DNA of 64,000 bases from Camelus dromedarius (taxonomy: Eukaryota). Where the stretch lies: NCBI RefSeq assembly GCF_036321535.1, contig NC_087436.1:39186001-39250000 (forward strand), in the 5' to 3' direction. Made by a program: the position numbers and the translations under genes. The notes beneath the pieces are model-generated. The model was given only the letters and a program-made list of their open reading frames with translations. It had not been told where the DNA came from and did not search any database. Of this stretch, positions 25,771 through 38,800 are shown one piece after another (the first letter of the stretch is position 1; every line of letters begins with the position of its first letter).

Positions 25771-28700
25771 TAATATTTCCCATATTTTTCAGTTGTTGCC
25801 ATTCTGCAATCTTATTTTGCACCTAGACTTAATCCTGTCAATTCATGTCTGTGCCCCAAGGGAAATTTCTCTTTATAAAAAGTAAGTCTGTGTTCTCATT
25901 GTATATAGATCTATTACAAAGAGAGAAAAAAAGGGTCTCTGGATGAAAATGGGACTTGTAAACAAAATGATTTTTAGTATATGTCTCATCTCAACTCCTA
26001 GAATTAATTACATGAAGAGCTTCTAAACTTTAGTTAACTCCTTCCTTGATGGTGACGTGCAAGACCTTCATTATGACATCTCATGCAAAGAGTTTTCCTT
26101 TGACTCTGACACAGAAATTTCATGCAAACTATGGAGAAAGAGTGTAGAGTTTTCAGTGTTAGTATAAGAACATGCCAAGACACTTTCACGCATGCATGAA
26201 GAAAATAAAACAATCGAAGAACAAAGGATCAGGCCTCAGAGAACATACTGATATTTCCACTTCAACTGCTTGAAAGTGACTACATTCAATAGAAAAACAA
26301 ATGGTGAAGGGGGAAAACAAAGACTGAATTAATCTCAGACATACATCTGGAGTTTATAAGAGAGAAGCAGAGGAGGACTATGTGACCGATTCATAATAAT
26401 AAATAACCAAGAAATTTCATGCAGTTATAAATGCAGGCAGTTCCCAATTATCCGTAACAGAAGCAAGGAAAGCAAAAAATGATCTGGAATCTAAGTAAGT
26501 TAAAGATAAATTTGCCTCAGAATTCCATCCTCATATCCTTTAGAGTTTTCTTAAATCAAAATACTTTATCTTTCCTTTATTTGTATTACAATAAAGGTGG
26601 CACTCTGTAGCAAAGGGACTCAAGGACAGACAATGCACAGGGAAATCCAGAATAGATCTCTTAAATATTCATTGAGGGCCTCTCATGTGCAAGAAACCAT
26701 CAGATAAAATAAATATAAAACATGCTCCCTGCCTTTAAGGAACTTAGCATTTTCTTTGGAAAAAACACACACTCGTGAAAAATAAAAAAAAATTAAGTGT
26801 ATGATTAAGCACCAAATGCTTGGGCATTGACAATGCATGGCATTGACAGTTTTAGAAAAATGAAGTACTCATATTTTGTTTGCAGAGAGATACATGAAAG
26901 CAACTGGACTGAACTAAATTTTGAAGGATTATTGGGGGGGGGAATGGCTACATAAGATAAGAAAAGATTTGTTCTGGTGCTATGTTCCTTTAACCTAGCT
27001 TAAAACGACCTATTGGACTGGGTTCCCTCACCTCTTTCCATACACACATTCACTCACAGGCTAAGCTTTTAAACAATGTTGGTTTTCTATGAAATACTTA
27101 CAGGTAGTTAAAATCTCCCAAAGCCCTAGTCCCTAAAGGCTCACTCGTTCTCACTCTCGCTCTCGCTCTCGTGCTCTCTCGCTCTCCCCCTCTGGAGTTC
27201 AGTGTGGTTTTCCCTGTCCTATCAATTAGCAGAAACTGTGAATACTTAAAAACACCATACTTCCCAGAAAAACATACACATAACAAAATTAAGCAAGTAA
27301 TTCCTAAGTGTTTGTGCTCATGAAGGTTAAGTGATTTTGAATGCTGTGAAAACGGAAATCTCCAGTGCAACCCTCCTCTTAGATACGAGCAGAGGCATGT
27401 TCTGCAAGGTCAAAAGGAAATTTAGGGACAGAGGAGAAACAAAGTCCTAGCACAGAAAAGGAAAAGCCAAGCTGAGTGATAGCGTCTGCATTCTCCACTG
27501 CATCCTTTGTAATAAGCCTTTGGGGCTACACTGTCAGGGTTTCTCTTGGCACCTGCAGCAACCTTTAGAACTAAAACCACAATGAAAAACAGCAACATGT
27601 GTTGCTAAAAAAAGTCAATCTAAGATAAAAAGCAGCAACACGGAAGGAACTGGAGAACTCTCAGCACTTGAGCTAGATTAATGATTTAGGGGGTCATTGC
27701 AGAACACAGACTCTGGAAATGGAAAACCAAAAAATGAGGGGTGGATAGTCATGTTCAGGTTATCTGTCTTCAACAAATGGGAGAGACCGGGAGCATGTCC
27801 TGAGGGATCAGTAAATGCCATTGTGCAACTGCTGAGTCATCTCACTTGCAATTATTTTAGTTTACAGATAGCTTTTGGAATATGGACATCAACTTTCTGA
27901 AGGTCAGAGATATGGACCCAGGCGGTGCTCTCTGGAAACCACACAGATAAAAGTGTAATCACAATGCCCCCAGGGACACTAACAACTTGAATTTTGCTAG
28001 CTCCTCCGCCATGCTCAGGGACACGTTCACTCACATCCTTCTGCAGCTGCCTTCCCAAGGATGAGTGTGGCCCACTGTTCATCCAGTCTGCCTCTATCAC
28101 TGCTGTTTCCAGAAATCTCTTATGGCAAAGCTACCTCTCTGCCAGGAGCATTTAGGTTCCTGTGTACAAAGCTGCAGAGCTGCAAAACCGTCAAGGGGTT
28201 AAACTGCAGTATCTCCAGTCCTTGCCATCCCTTCCTCTGTATGAGAAGGAACAGCCAGAGCACATCTCTTCACAGTGTTGTGTCGCACACTCACCTGGAT
28301 GCTAGCACAGCTAATACCCTACATTTCACAGAACACAATTCCTATTGCTGCCACCTACTCTCCCACTATTGGAGTGAGAGGTTGTCCCAGGCAAGGCTGG
28401 GGAAAAGGCATCTCCATTTCCCACAGGCTCTCCTCTCTTCCACACAACCAAACATGTAACCCACTCTATGTCATGACCCCCATGGACACGTCTTTAGCTT
28501 GGATTCACTCAGGACCAGCCCCATTGCCTCCAAAAAATTAAACCAAAGGCCATGTACATGGAATAGATGGTCACGTATATGTAAGTTTCCAACCTTTGAA
28601 TGTTTCAACACAAAGAGCTTTATCTTTAATATTCTGCTTCTCTCAGGGCAAATTTACAATCAGCAGTACTTTTTGTTGATGCCTAAAGGATGTCTAAGAG

Positions 28701-29250
28701 TACACATGAGCTTACATCTCAGCACGGAATCATTCCTCCTGGGGCTCTGCTCCTGGCCAGGTGCTGGGCCTGACTAGGGGCTCCTCTGTAGCACAGAGAA
28801 CGGAACTGTAAACCAGAGGTGGTCATTCCTCCATGCTTCATATTATTTACATATAATCTTTTATATTATGTGGAATCTTCTAAAAATAATTCATCTTTTT
28901 CTAAGAACCAGACTAGTTAGGGAATTTTAACTATATTAAAACAAAATTTTATAAACTACGTTAAAAACTGAATATAGGTTTTGTAATTCTTTCATAAATT
29001 AAAACCCAAAACACGAAGTCTAGGACCTAAATTTCAATGATGTGTTTCCTAAAAGGTAGGCTTTCTCTTGAAACTGACCCTATAACTTTAGGAAAACAAT
29101 ACTACAATGATATAACCACATTTTTTATATTTTATATATGGCTTTATCATGTACACAACCTATTTTGACATATCTTTCAAAAGAGAGAGCAAAGTTTATT
29201 TCTGTAAGATAGGTTTCTGAAAATCTGATTTATCTGAGTATATTGTCTTT

Positions 29251-30937
29251 TTTTTGATTGAAGCATAGTCAGTTTACAATGTGTCAATTTCTGGTGTACA
29301 GCCTAATAGTTCAGTCACACACATATATATACATACATGTATTCATTTTCACATTCTCCTTCATTATAGGTTACTACAAGATATTGAATACAATTCCCTG
29401 TGCTATTCAGTATAAACTTGTTGTTTATCTATTTTATATACAGTAGTTAGTATCTGCAAATCTTGAACTCCCAATTTATCCCTTTCCACCTGCTTCCCTT
29501 CCTGGTAACCATAAGTTTGTTTTCTATGTCTGTGAATCTTTCTGTTTTGTAAATAAGTTCATTTGTCTTTTTTTTAGACTCCACATAATAAGTGATATCA
29601 CATGGTGTTTTTTCTTTTTCTCTCTGCTTACTTCACTTAGAATGACAATCTCCCAGTCCATCTATGTAGTTGCAAATGGCATTATTTCATTCTTTTTATG
29701 GTTGAGTAGTATTCCATTGTATAAATATACCACTTCTTCTTTATCCAGTCATCTGTTGATGGACATTTAGGTTGTTTCCATGTCTTGGCTATTGTACATA
29801 GTGCTGCTATGAACACTGATGTACATGTATCTTTTCAAATTAGAGTTCCCTCCAGATATATACCCAGAAGTGGGATTGTTGGGTCATATGGTAAGCGTAT
29901 TTTTAGTTTTTTAAGGAATCTCCATACTGTTTTCTATAATAGCTGCACCAAACTACATTCCTATCAGCAGTGCAGGAAGGTTCCCTTTTCTCCACAGCCT
30001 CTCCAGCATTTGTCATTTGTGGACTTTTGAATGATGGCCATTCTGACTGGTGTGAGGTGATACCTCATTGTAGTTTTGATTTGCACTTCTCTGATAATTA
30101 TTGATATTGAGCATTTTTTCATGTGCCTATTGGCCATTTGTATGTCTTCCTTGGAGAATTGCTTGTTTAGGTCTTCTGCCCATGTTTGGATTGGGTTATT
30201 TATTTTTTATTATTAAGTTGTATGAGCTGTTTATATATTCTGGGAATTAAGCCCTTGTCAGTCTCATCTTTTGCAAATATTTTCTCCCATTCCGTAGGTT
30301 GTCTTTTTGTTTTGCTTATGGTTTCCTTTGCTGTGCAAAAGCTTGTAAGTTTAATAAGGTCCCATTTGTTTATTTTTGCTTTTATTTCTATTGCCTGGGT
30401 AGACTGCCCTAGAAGAACATTGCTCAGATTTATGTCAGATAATGTTTTGCCTATGTTTGCTTCTAAGAGGTTTATAGTGTCTTATGTTTAAGTTTTTAAG
30501 CTATTTTGGGTTTATTTTTGTGTATGCTGTAAGGGAGTATTCTAATTTCATTAATTTATATGCAGCTGTCCAGTTTTCCCAATACTATTTGCTGAAAAGA
30601 CTCTCTTTACTCCATTGTATATTCTTGCCTACTTTGTCAAAGATTAATTGACCAAAAGTTTGTGGATTTATTTCTGGGTTCTCTATTCTGTTCCAGTGAT
30701 CCATATGTCTATTTTTGTACGAATACCATGCTGTTTTGATTACTGTAGCTCTGTAATATTGTCTGAACTCTGGGAGGGTTATTCCTCCAGCTTCATTCTT
30801 TTCCCTTCAGTATTGCTTTGGCAATCCTGGGTCTTTTGAGATTCCATATAAATTTTAGGATTATTTGTTCCAGTTCTGTGAAAAATGTCCTGGGTAATTT
30901 GATAGGGTTTGCATTAAATCTGTAGATTGCTTTGGGT
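29251..30937 (-). mobile_element. 5'-truncated young L1 (~1.7 kb: ORF2 C-terminal remnant + 3' UTR)
   Basis: Minus ORF 30793-30975 ([43 protein letters not shown]) is L1 ORF2. T-tail at ~29250. Degenerate TSD TGAGTATATTGTCTTT (29235-) / TGACTATACTGTTTT (30938-). Confidence 0.94.
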
Positions 30938-31339
30938 TGACTATACTGTTTTGATAAATCAATGGAAAGCTGCAAACCCTGATTCCCTAGGCATTAATAC
31001 CTTCTTGTCCATTACTTATAAGGCACTAATTATCTTTATGCAAAAATTTTATCCTGAAACAATCTGGAAATTTAGTACAACTGGAACATGTGGGAATTTT
31101 TTTCTCTCAAAAAATTTTCTTTCATATTTTAAAAACTTACCAATCACTTTCAGTATTTTTAAATGTTTAGGAATAAAAATGTTACCTAGATTACGTGACC
31201 TTGACATTTACTTATTTTATCAGCCAAAAAGAATTATACTGACTAGTATAATCATGAGTGACATGTACATGATATGAAAATTTCTCTTTATATATAACAG
31301 TTGGCCCCAAATTAATTCAGAGAATCTTCATTTTCACCA

Positions 31340-31850
31340 AAAAATACAGCATACTCTCAGACTAGTAATTCTATTTACAAATTACTTCTATAGGAATGAT
31401 CATTTAAGTGCACAAATATATTTTAGATATACAAAAGTATTCATCTCAGCACTATCTGTAATGGTGAAAAATTATAAATAATTTATATGTTCATTGGGGA
31501 ATGAGTTATATAAATTATGGTCAATCCATACCATGTAATACTGTGCAGTCACGAAAAAGATGATGTAAATCAGGATTCACTGACAAGGAAAGATGTTCAT
31601 GTTGTGTGTTTAATAAGAAAGCACATTTAGTACCACTCTTTTTACATAGAATTGACTGTAAGTGTGATTGTCAATTGGTGTGTGTGCAGAGAGAGGGGAC
31701 TGAGAAGTTGTTCACCAAAGGGTTAATAATGTGTTATTTCTGGATGTTATGATTTTTTACTTTATTTTTATCCTTTTCTGTAATATTTGAATTTTTCTAC
31801 AACGACAATGAGTCATTTTTTATAATCCAAAAATAAAAGCCATTTTCAGT
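31340..31850 (+). mobile_element. Ancient L1 (L1ME/MC-like) 3' end
   Basis: TATTCATCTCAGCACTATCTGTAATGGTGAAAAATT...AAATTATGGTCAATCCATACCATGTAATACTGTGCAG. Confidence 0.65.
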
Positions 31851-32689
31851 TCTATTTTAATTTTTTAAAAAAACAGACCTGAATCCTTTTTTGGGATAGA
31901 ACCACGACTTGATTCAAAACACTGCGCTTTGAGATGCGGAACTAAGCTAATCAAGTCCAAGTTTACCAAGGACTGCCTCCTTTTTTGACGCATTTTACCC
32001 AAATGAGAGGGGTTTAAAGAATAGATGAAGAATATCAAACACATTCCCTCTCCCCCATCAAATTAGAATTTGTCAGAGAAGTGAACAGCTAGGTCAGAGT
32101 GAGCGATTTCATTCTATGTGATAATCTTTAGCCACTGTCTCTCTGGGGTTTCTAGTAGAGTAAGGAAAATAAAACTTAAAGGCTATAAAATCATGTTGAA
32201 TCTATAGTTTGAGTAAAGAAGTTAGATTTACAAAAACATCAATTGTATTTAAGTTCATGAATTCTTAACGATATTTTAAAAACATGTTGATTACATTTGT
32301 GTATGCTAGGGAACTACCTCTTTATTTAGAAAAAAATAAGGAAAGGGAAAGAATAAAGCATTTATCCCCCCCAAAAGAAGAATCATTATAAAATGATGAA
32401 TTCAGTAGTAATTCATTGCAGTACATTTTTCAGCATTAAAAAAGGAAAATCTAGCAAACAAGCACATGAAATTGATACCTTTTGAGTTTTTGTTTTGCTC
32501 ATTTATTTATTTATAACATATACATCCTGCAAATGATGATTTGGAGAAGTGAGAAAAAAAGTCCCATAAAAGACTGTATAAAGAATTGCCCTTTCCAGAA
32601 AATACTGCTTTATTTTTCAAGTTAACAGAGAAAATATGACCATTCATGGATGTTTTCTTTCATCTATTATCTTCTTGATTTAAAACAGA

Positions 32690-32860
32690 CTCTAGCTAAA
32701 AGGAACCTTAGAATCATGTATTCTAAATCTTTCCTTTTATTAACAGAGAAATTGAGAGCCAGATAGTTTTAGTGATATAGTTAAGGTCACAGAATAAAGT
32801 CAAGTTAGACCCATGGCTAGAGTTCAAGTCTCTTGATTCCCAGAGTTCAATCAATGGTTT
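32690..32860 (-). mobile_element. MIR SINE
   Basis: ACAGAGAAATTGAGAGCCAGA..AAGGTCACAG..CTAGAGTTCAAGTCTCTTGATTCCCAG. Confidence 0.6.
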
Positions 32861-33650
32861 TTTCCACGGAACCTCTTGAATTGGCATCTGGTTACTACAT
32901 AATATCAGGTAAAAATAGGAACACACACACATAAAGCATATATATCACTCTTCCAATTACCCTTTAAGTACATTGCTCATTAAAGAAAATCAGACAAAGC
33001 TTCCACAAAATCAGGTTTTTCAGTAGTTGCCATTTTCACACTAAAGAATAAAAGATGTACATTCACTCATTCATTCATTTATTCAACAACTTTCAAAAAA
33101 ATACGTAGCTGACTTAAGTATCCACTTACACATAGATGTATATCATCCACCTTGAAGAGCACTATTTTGGAAGACGCCAAGAGCTAGAATCCTGCTTTCA
33201 AAGAGTAAGATGACAGTATTACTGTGGGAAAATGCAAAATTTTTAACTAGAAATACCAGTGAGAAACAAGCCTCTTCATCATAACATTAACTCTATCAAA
33301 ACAATAATATTTCTTCAGTGCAAATAGGAAGGTATACTGTGGTCTGAAGTCACCCTTTGCTACCTTCACTCCAGGACCCTGGGGCCTTCGTAAGAGGTCT
33401 GACTTAATAGTATTGTGAGTAATTATTTTTGACGTGTATATTTTATTTTTTTCTCCATTAATAATCAGATTAAATGAATGTTCTTTTTATTTCTTCCATT
33501 CCTGTTGACCCAGAGAAGATGTCTTAGAGAATGCTGAATGATTTCTTCCTTCAGGATATTATAGTGTTTTAAGAGCTGCAAATTCTAGAGCATGCCAGAC
33601 AGGAGCTATTTTATCCTTCTTCAGGGTTAATCCTGAGGTTATTTTAATTG

Positions 33651-33680
33651 ACAAAACAAAACAAAACAAAACAAAACAAA
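33651..33680. repeat. (ACAAA)6 microsatellite
   Basis: Direct reading. Confidence 0.95.
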
Positions 33681-34440
33681 AAACAACTCTCAACATGGAA
33701 AACAAGATAAATTAAGATGAAAACTACCAAAAAACAGTATTTTGTTTTTAGATTTCTTTTCTTTTCTTGTATTGTGAGTACTTCCAAGAGAAGAATGCCC
33801 TTGTTTCACACTGTGCTGCAGACGCCTGCCCCTGCTGTCCCTGTCCCCTTCTGCCTGCTCTTCATCCCCAGTCATGCAGCAGAATCACTCGCATTTATCC
33901 TTATCATTCAAAACATTTACTCTTAATGCTTCTGATAAAATTTATGAGCTGAAACAATGTTTACTTGTTTTTGACTGAATGCAATACTAAAAAAAGAGGA
34001 ATCATTATTAATCTGCATTATTAATCATTATTAATCCATTGTTAATACATAATTAAAGTTTAAAAAATAGTCTTTGTTGCATACCTACTATGTGCCTGGG
34101 AGAAATAAATAGAGAAACATTCCATTGCAGAAAAGATCATGGGCAAAGTCACAGACACCTGGGAGAAGAATAAACATGTCATGTTCAGGAGAAAATAAGG
34201 ACAGCCTCCAAGGGAGAAGCAAGCTGCTCGGACAAGAGACAGTGATGAGAGGCAAAGGGCCTTAAAACCTTGGAAAGGAGTTTCTATGAGTCAAAGGCTG
34301 GACTGTGGAAACACACTCCTGGAAAATAACTCTCTGTACTAGTTCATCTCAGCCAATCGAAAGATCCAGCATGTTACCTTTCCATGAAAATCAATTAAGA
34401 AAGAGAGACTTGACACAGAACTTTCTATTTTGTTCTCTCT

Positions 34441-34443
<3 letters not shown>

Positions 34444-34487
<44 letters not shown>
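34444..34487. repeat. (CA)22 microsatellite
   Basis: Direct reading. Confidence 0.97.
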
Positions 34488-34490
<3 letters not shown>

Positions 34491-35699
34491 TCAGTCCTTT
34501 TCCTTCTGCAGATAAGGCAACATCAGATTTGATGTCTTCATTTGCTTAGGAAGCAACAGGGGCAAAGAGAAGCATAACAAGAACTAGATGAAGAAAGAAT
34601 GAGAATTAAGAGAATGGCGGCAGTGAAGACAGCAAAGAAGGAATTTTCCTTCTCAAATAAGAAAAAGAAGCAGCGGGGAAGAGTAATGGAAGGTAATAAA
34701 GAACAGAATGGAATAAATATCCTAATGGGCTCCTTAACTGAATTTGCGTCTACTCTCAGCCCTGCGCCTGCAGCTGAAGGAAACCCTTGGTAACTCACTC
34801 AGCGTGAAGCTACATAGTCATTTTGGTGCAGAGGAAGCAGACAGCGATGAGCTGGCTCTCCCAGATTGCAGCTCTGCCTCAGGATGAAACTGTTCTGATC
34901 AACATTTCCCCATCTGGCAGGCAGGCGGCCAAAAGATTGGAGACCTGAAAATGGATCACTGCGTTTTGACTCCCTGCAGCAGCCAATACGTGTAATATAA
35001 TATTTACACAGTTCAATCTAATATCAGTCATGCTGAGCACCAACCAGTGGAAAATGTTATGTTTTTCATGAAAGAAATAAAAATAAAGGTGACTGCTATG
35101 GTAGTATCTGACTCCCAAGGCCCATGCGTTTCACAAATCGCTTTACATTTTCGCTTGATCTTGACTGATGAAAATAATTCCCCACTGTTTGAAAAGCTAA
35201 AAACACCAAGACTTTAACTATCACCATTTACTTAGAAAAAGCAGCCTTATATAGTAATAACTTCTTCTAATTTAGAAGACAAGAGTGCGTGGGTGGAGGT
35301 TGGGGAGGGACTGAAATGCTCATTAGCCTCCCCCAGGGGCCCTGGCACGGAGTTCTCCCAACTATTCAGAGATCACGTCCTATGTTTACTTACTAGGGGA
35401 CAATTTATTTTTCTTTTATATTTTCAAAGCACTTGAAATGATTCCTTCTCTTTGTGATGATTTCCATATGCTGTTTCCAATGAAAGGGCAATGGCTTACT
35501 CAGTGAGCATAAAGCCACATTCTGAAACCATTAAGTGCCACCTCACAGGGAGAGACCCCGAGGACTGCAGAAGCCCTTCCTATGACACTGAGATCCGGAT
35601 CTCAAAAATCACTGCATAGAAGACAGCAGATAAGCCTTCAATTTTATAAAGGTTGGTTAAATAAAATTAGAATAACCACAGATGTGATAGTAGTAACTT

Positions 35700-35850
35700 T
35701 TTAAAAATCCTGAATGTTTCCCATGTGTGAAGTAATTTGCATGTGCAATTTCTAATCCTGAAAACAAGCCTTGGAGATAGGTGCTAACACTATCCCCATT
35801 TTATAAATGAGAAAACTGAGGCACAGAGATTAATGTAATCAAAAGAATTA
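35700..35850 (-). mobile_element. MIR SINE
   Basis: TATCCCCATTTTATAAATGAGAAAACTGAGGCACAGAG core. Confidence 0.75.
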
Positions 35851-37850
35851 AGAGTTGGCTTGCTCTAAACAGAGCTCAACATAACTATATGCAAATAATT
35901 CTTCAGAGCTTGAGGTATTTCCCCTTTTAAAAATCTCTACGGTTTTTAAGTGGGACAATCATTTTATTTGGCCTTGTAAAATATGTAACTTAAGGATTTA
36001 CTACCTTAAGAAATCTCAGTCAGTAACTGATACTGCAAACATTTTGTGAAACGTAGCATTTTATCAAAAATGAAAAACTGCTCATGGTAAAAGAATCATC
36101 ACAAATAATTTATTTGGCTTTTGTGCTCTTAACTTACATGCGTATATCTGGAGTACAAGGGACTAGATGACTGCTTTTCTTAATTTCTGAAGGAAATAGA
36201 TTTGCGTAGAAGACAATTGCTTCCTCCTCCAATTAGAATAATAATAACAATGACAGACTCCTTTATGGCATGATTACTATGTGTCAAGTATTATCTTAAT
36301 ATATAATCTTTGAAAAGTAGCACAAAATATATTAACAGATTCCTTTGGTCTCAGATTCCTAGCCTGTAAAACTGGTGACATTTTCAATCTACAAAAACAG
36401 TAATTCCATTACATAGTACCCCACTTTACAGATGGAGAAACTGAGGCTAAGAAAAATGTGTTTAAAGCTATACAGTAAGTGGTAGCCAGCATTAAAATGC
36501 TTTTATCCTTTCAAGGAGTCCGTTTCCAAACAATATCTAAATAAGATCACCTCTTTTTTGAAGAAGAAATCAAATTAAGGCACACTCGAAAATATAATAA
36601 AATTCTTCTTTGCTCTATGTCTGATATTGAGGTCAAAATAAACAGGATGTATGTATCAAATTCTCTTTGACACTCCTTAAATTCTTCTTCTCTCACTGGG
36701 AGAATCAATTTCAGAGGAAGAGGAAAGATGAATATAATTTTTAGCCAAACTTCTACACAGGAGGCGGTGGTAATTAGTCATTTAAATAAAATGTTCTAAA
36801 GACTGGTCAGCAGGCTGCTACATCACAAAAAGCTGAAATGGATGAAGAGGAAATACGAAGATGACAGCTCAAAGTTGTTCTCTAGGACCAGAGTGTTAAT
36901 CATTTAACAGTGGGAAAATAACCACATGGTCGGGGTTCCCAGGAGAGTTTTTCATTTTTATCACTGTGAAAGACTGGACTTCTTACAGCAATTTTTCATG
37001 TATATATATGCCAGCTACACTGGCGTCTTTTTGGTTCCTTGAATGTGCCAAGCACACTTCTGTCCTAGGGCTCTTGTCCTTGTAGTGCTCTGTGCCTGGA
37101 AGGCCTCCCCAACATATCTGACAAGCCAGCTGGAACTCCCATGGACGTTTATTCTCAACCAAAAAACGAGATGGAAATAAGCAATAACTAATGTTTAATC
37201 TGCTTTTAATTTATGGATTGACACCAGTACCCTGGTCTAGTCTGGTCCAGAGAGTTATGAATTTCATATAGTGCTTGAGGTGACCCCACCAAACAGGAGA
37301 CCTCCCAGCAAGGCAGAAGGGAAAGAGTTTCCATCACATGTTCATTCCCTTTCAACATATTGCAATATATTATGTTTTACGGTGCTTGATTAAATGAATT
37401 TCCATGTTATTATCCAATTTTCACCCTTACAAAATGACACAAGTTTTAAAAAATTCCTGAAAGGAAGCTATTGATTAAAGATAACATTTACATTTCAGGC
37501 ACAAGAGAGAAAGAATATGGCAGAGCCCCTCTCCTGTATTCCTTCAGAAACTCTACATCAGCCATGTAGCAAGATTAAACACCATTACTGTTCAGTCATA
37601 TGTGACAGGTAAGTAAAATACTCAGACTTACTGAGACCATTATTTGGAATATGGACTTATAGCCACTGTTGTTAGAAAGGAACTTCACCTTATTGTGCTC
37701 TATGATATTAGCTAATGTTAGTATGATGTCTAGTTAGGACTAAGAAGATATTTAATAACCAAACATCCAGAGCATGAAAAACTTCAAGATTTGTTTTTTC
37801 AACAATGGTTGAAGTCAGGCAGTCCTCAGTTTAAAACATTACAGAATTTA

Positions 37851-37955
37851 TTGAGGGAGGGGTAATTAGGTTTATTAATTTTTTTTTGGAGAGGGTACTG
37901 GATTGGACCCAGGACCTCATGCATGCTAAGCATGTGCTCTACCTTCCCCCCTCCC
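37851..37955 (-). mobile_element. vic-1-like camelid SINE with TSD, A-box region deleted
   Basis: Minus strand GGTAGAGCACATGCTTAGCATGCATGAGGTCCTGGG...AAACCTAATTACCCCTCCC. Exact TSD AAAACATTACAGAATTTA at 37833-37850 and 37956-37973. Confidence 0.85.
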
Positions 37956-38619
37956 AAAACATTACAGAATTTAAACCAAATGATAGTGTATAGAAAATTC
38001 CTCATGGATGCATTTAAAAATTGCTAAAGTAATGCAATATGGCAATAAACCTAGATCTATTTTTTAATGAGTAAATATCATTGAAGATACAAAGAAAAAA
38101 GAACAAGGAAATTGGTGGAAATAATATCAGAACAACCTACATGTTGGAGGAGTTTTGCTGTAAAGTTAGATAAAACAACATATGTTTTCAGTATGACCCA
38201 GGCTACAGTATTTTCTAGATTCTATTTCAATACTGAAATAGATGAAGAACTACTCCTTTGGAAAGCCAATAAGGAAGAATACTGGAGGTAAGTTCTCAAA
38301 GTAAATAAATTCTTTAATTTAAAAAGAAATCAATATTTTACGGCAAAATGCAAATAAAAACACTGATGAAGTAGCTGCTTTAACAGGGATTAACAAGGAA
38401 AAGATTTTTGGGTAAGGTGGTGAAGATGCCTCACATAACATTCATTCAGTGCATTATTTGTAGGCAAGTTCATACAGCAAAATAAATTGAGGGTAAAAGT
38501 GCAAAAGTGCTGCAGGATATCTTCAATATGATTACTTTTATAAAAACTCATATTTAAATGTATACTGAAATCTATAAAACATGTTGCAATGATACAGGAA
38601 GTGCAGGGAGCCATTCAGA

Positions 38620-38800
38620 ACATGTGCGTTGGGCATCCAACTGGCCTCCGCCCTGGACCTGCCTGGACCTGCTGTATGACCTTAAGTTATTTACCTAACC
38701 TCTCTAAGGCTCAGTTTCCTTGTCTGTGAAAAAAAAAAAAAAAGGATAGTTAGGGCCATTGTGAATGAAATAATTCATAAAGCACTTATTCATACAGAAG
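38620..38800 (+). mobile_element. MIR SINE
   Basis: GCTGTATGACCTT..TTACCTAACCTCTCTAAGGCTCAGTTTCCTTGTCTGTGAAA. Confidence 0.65.
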
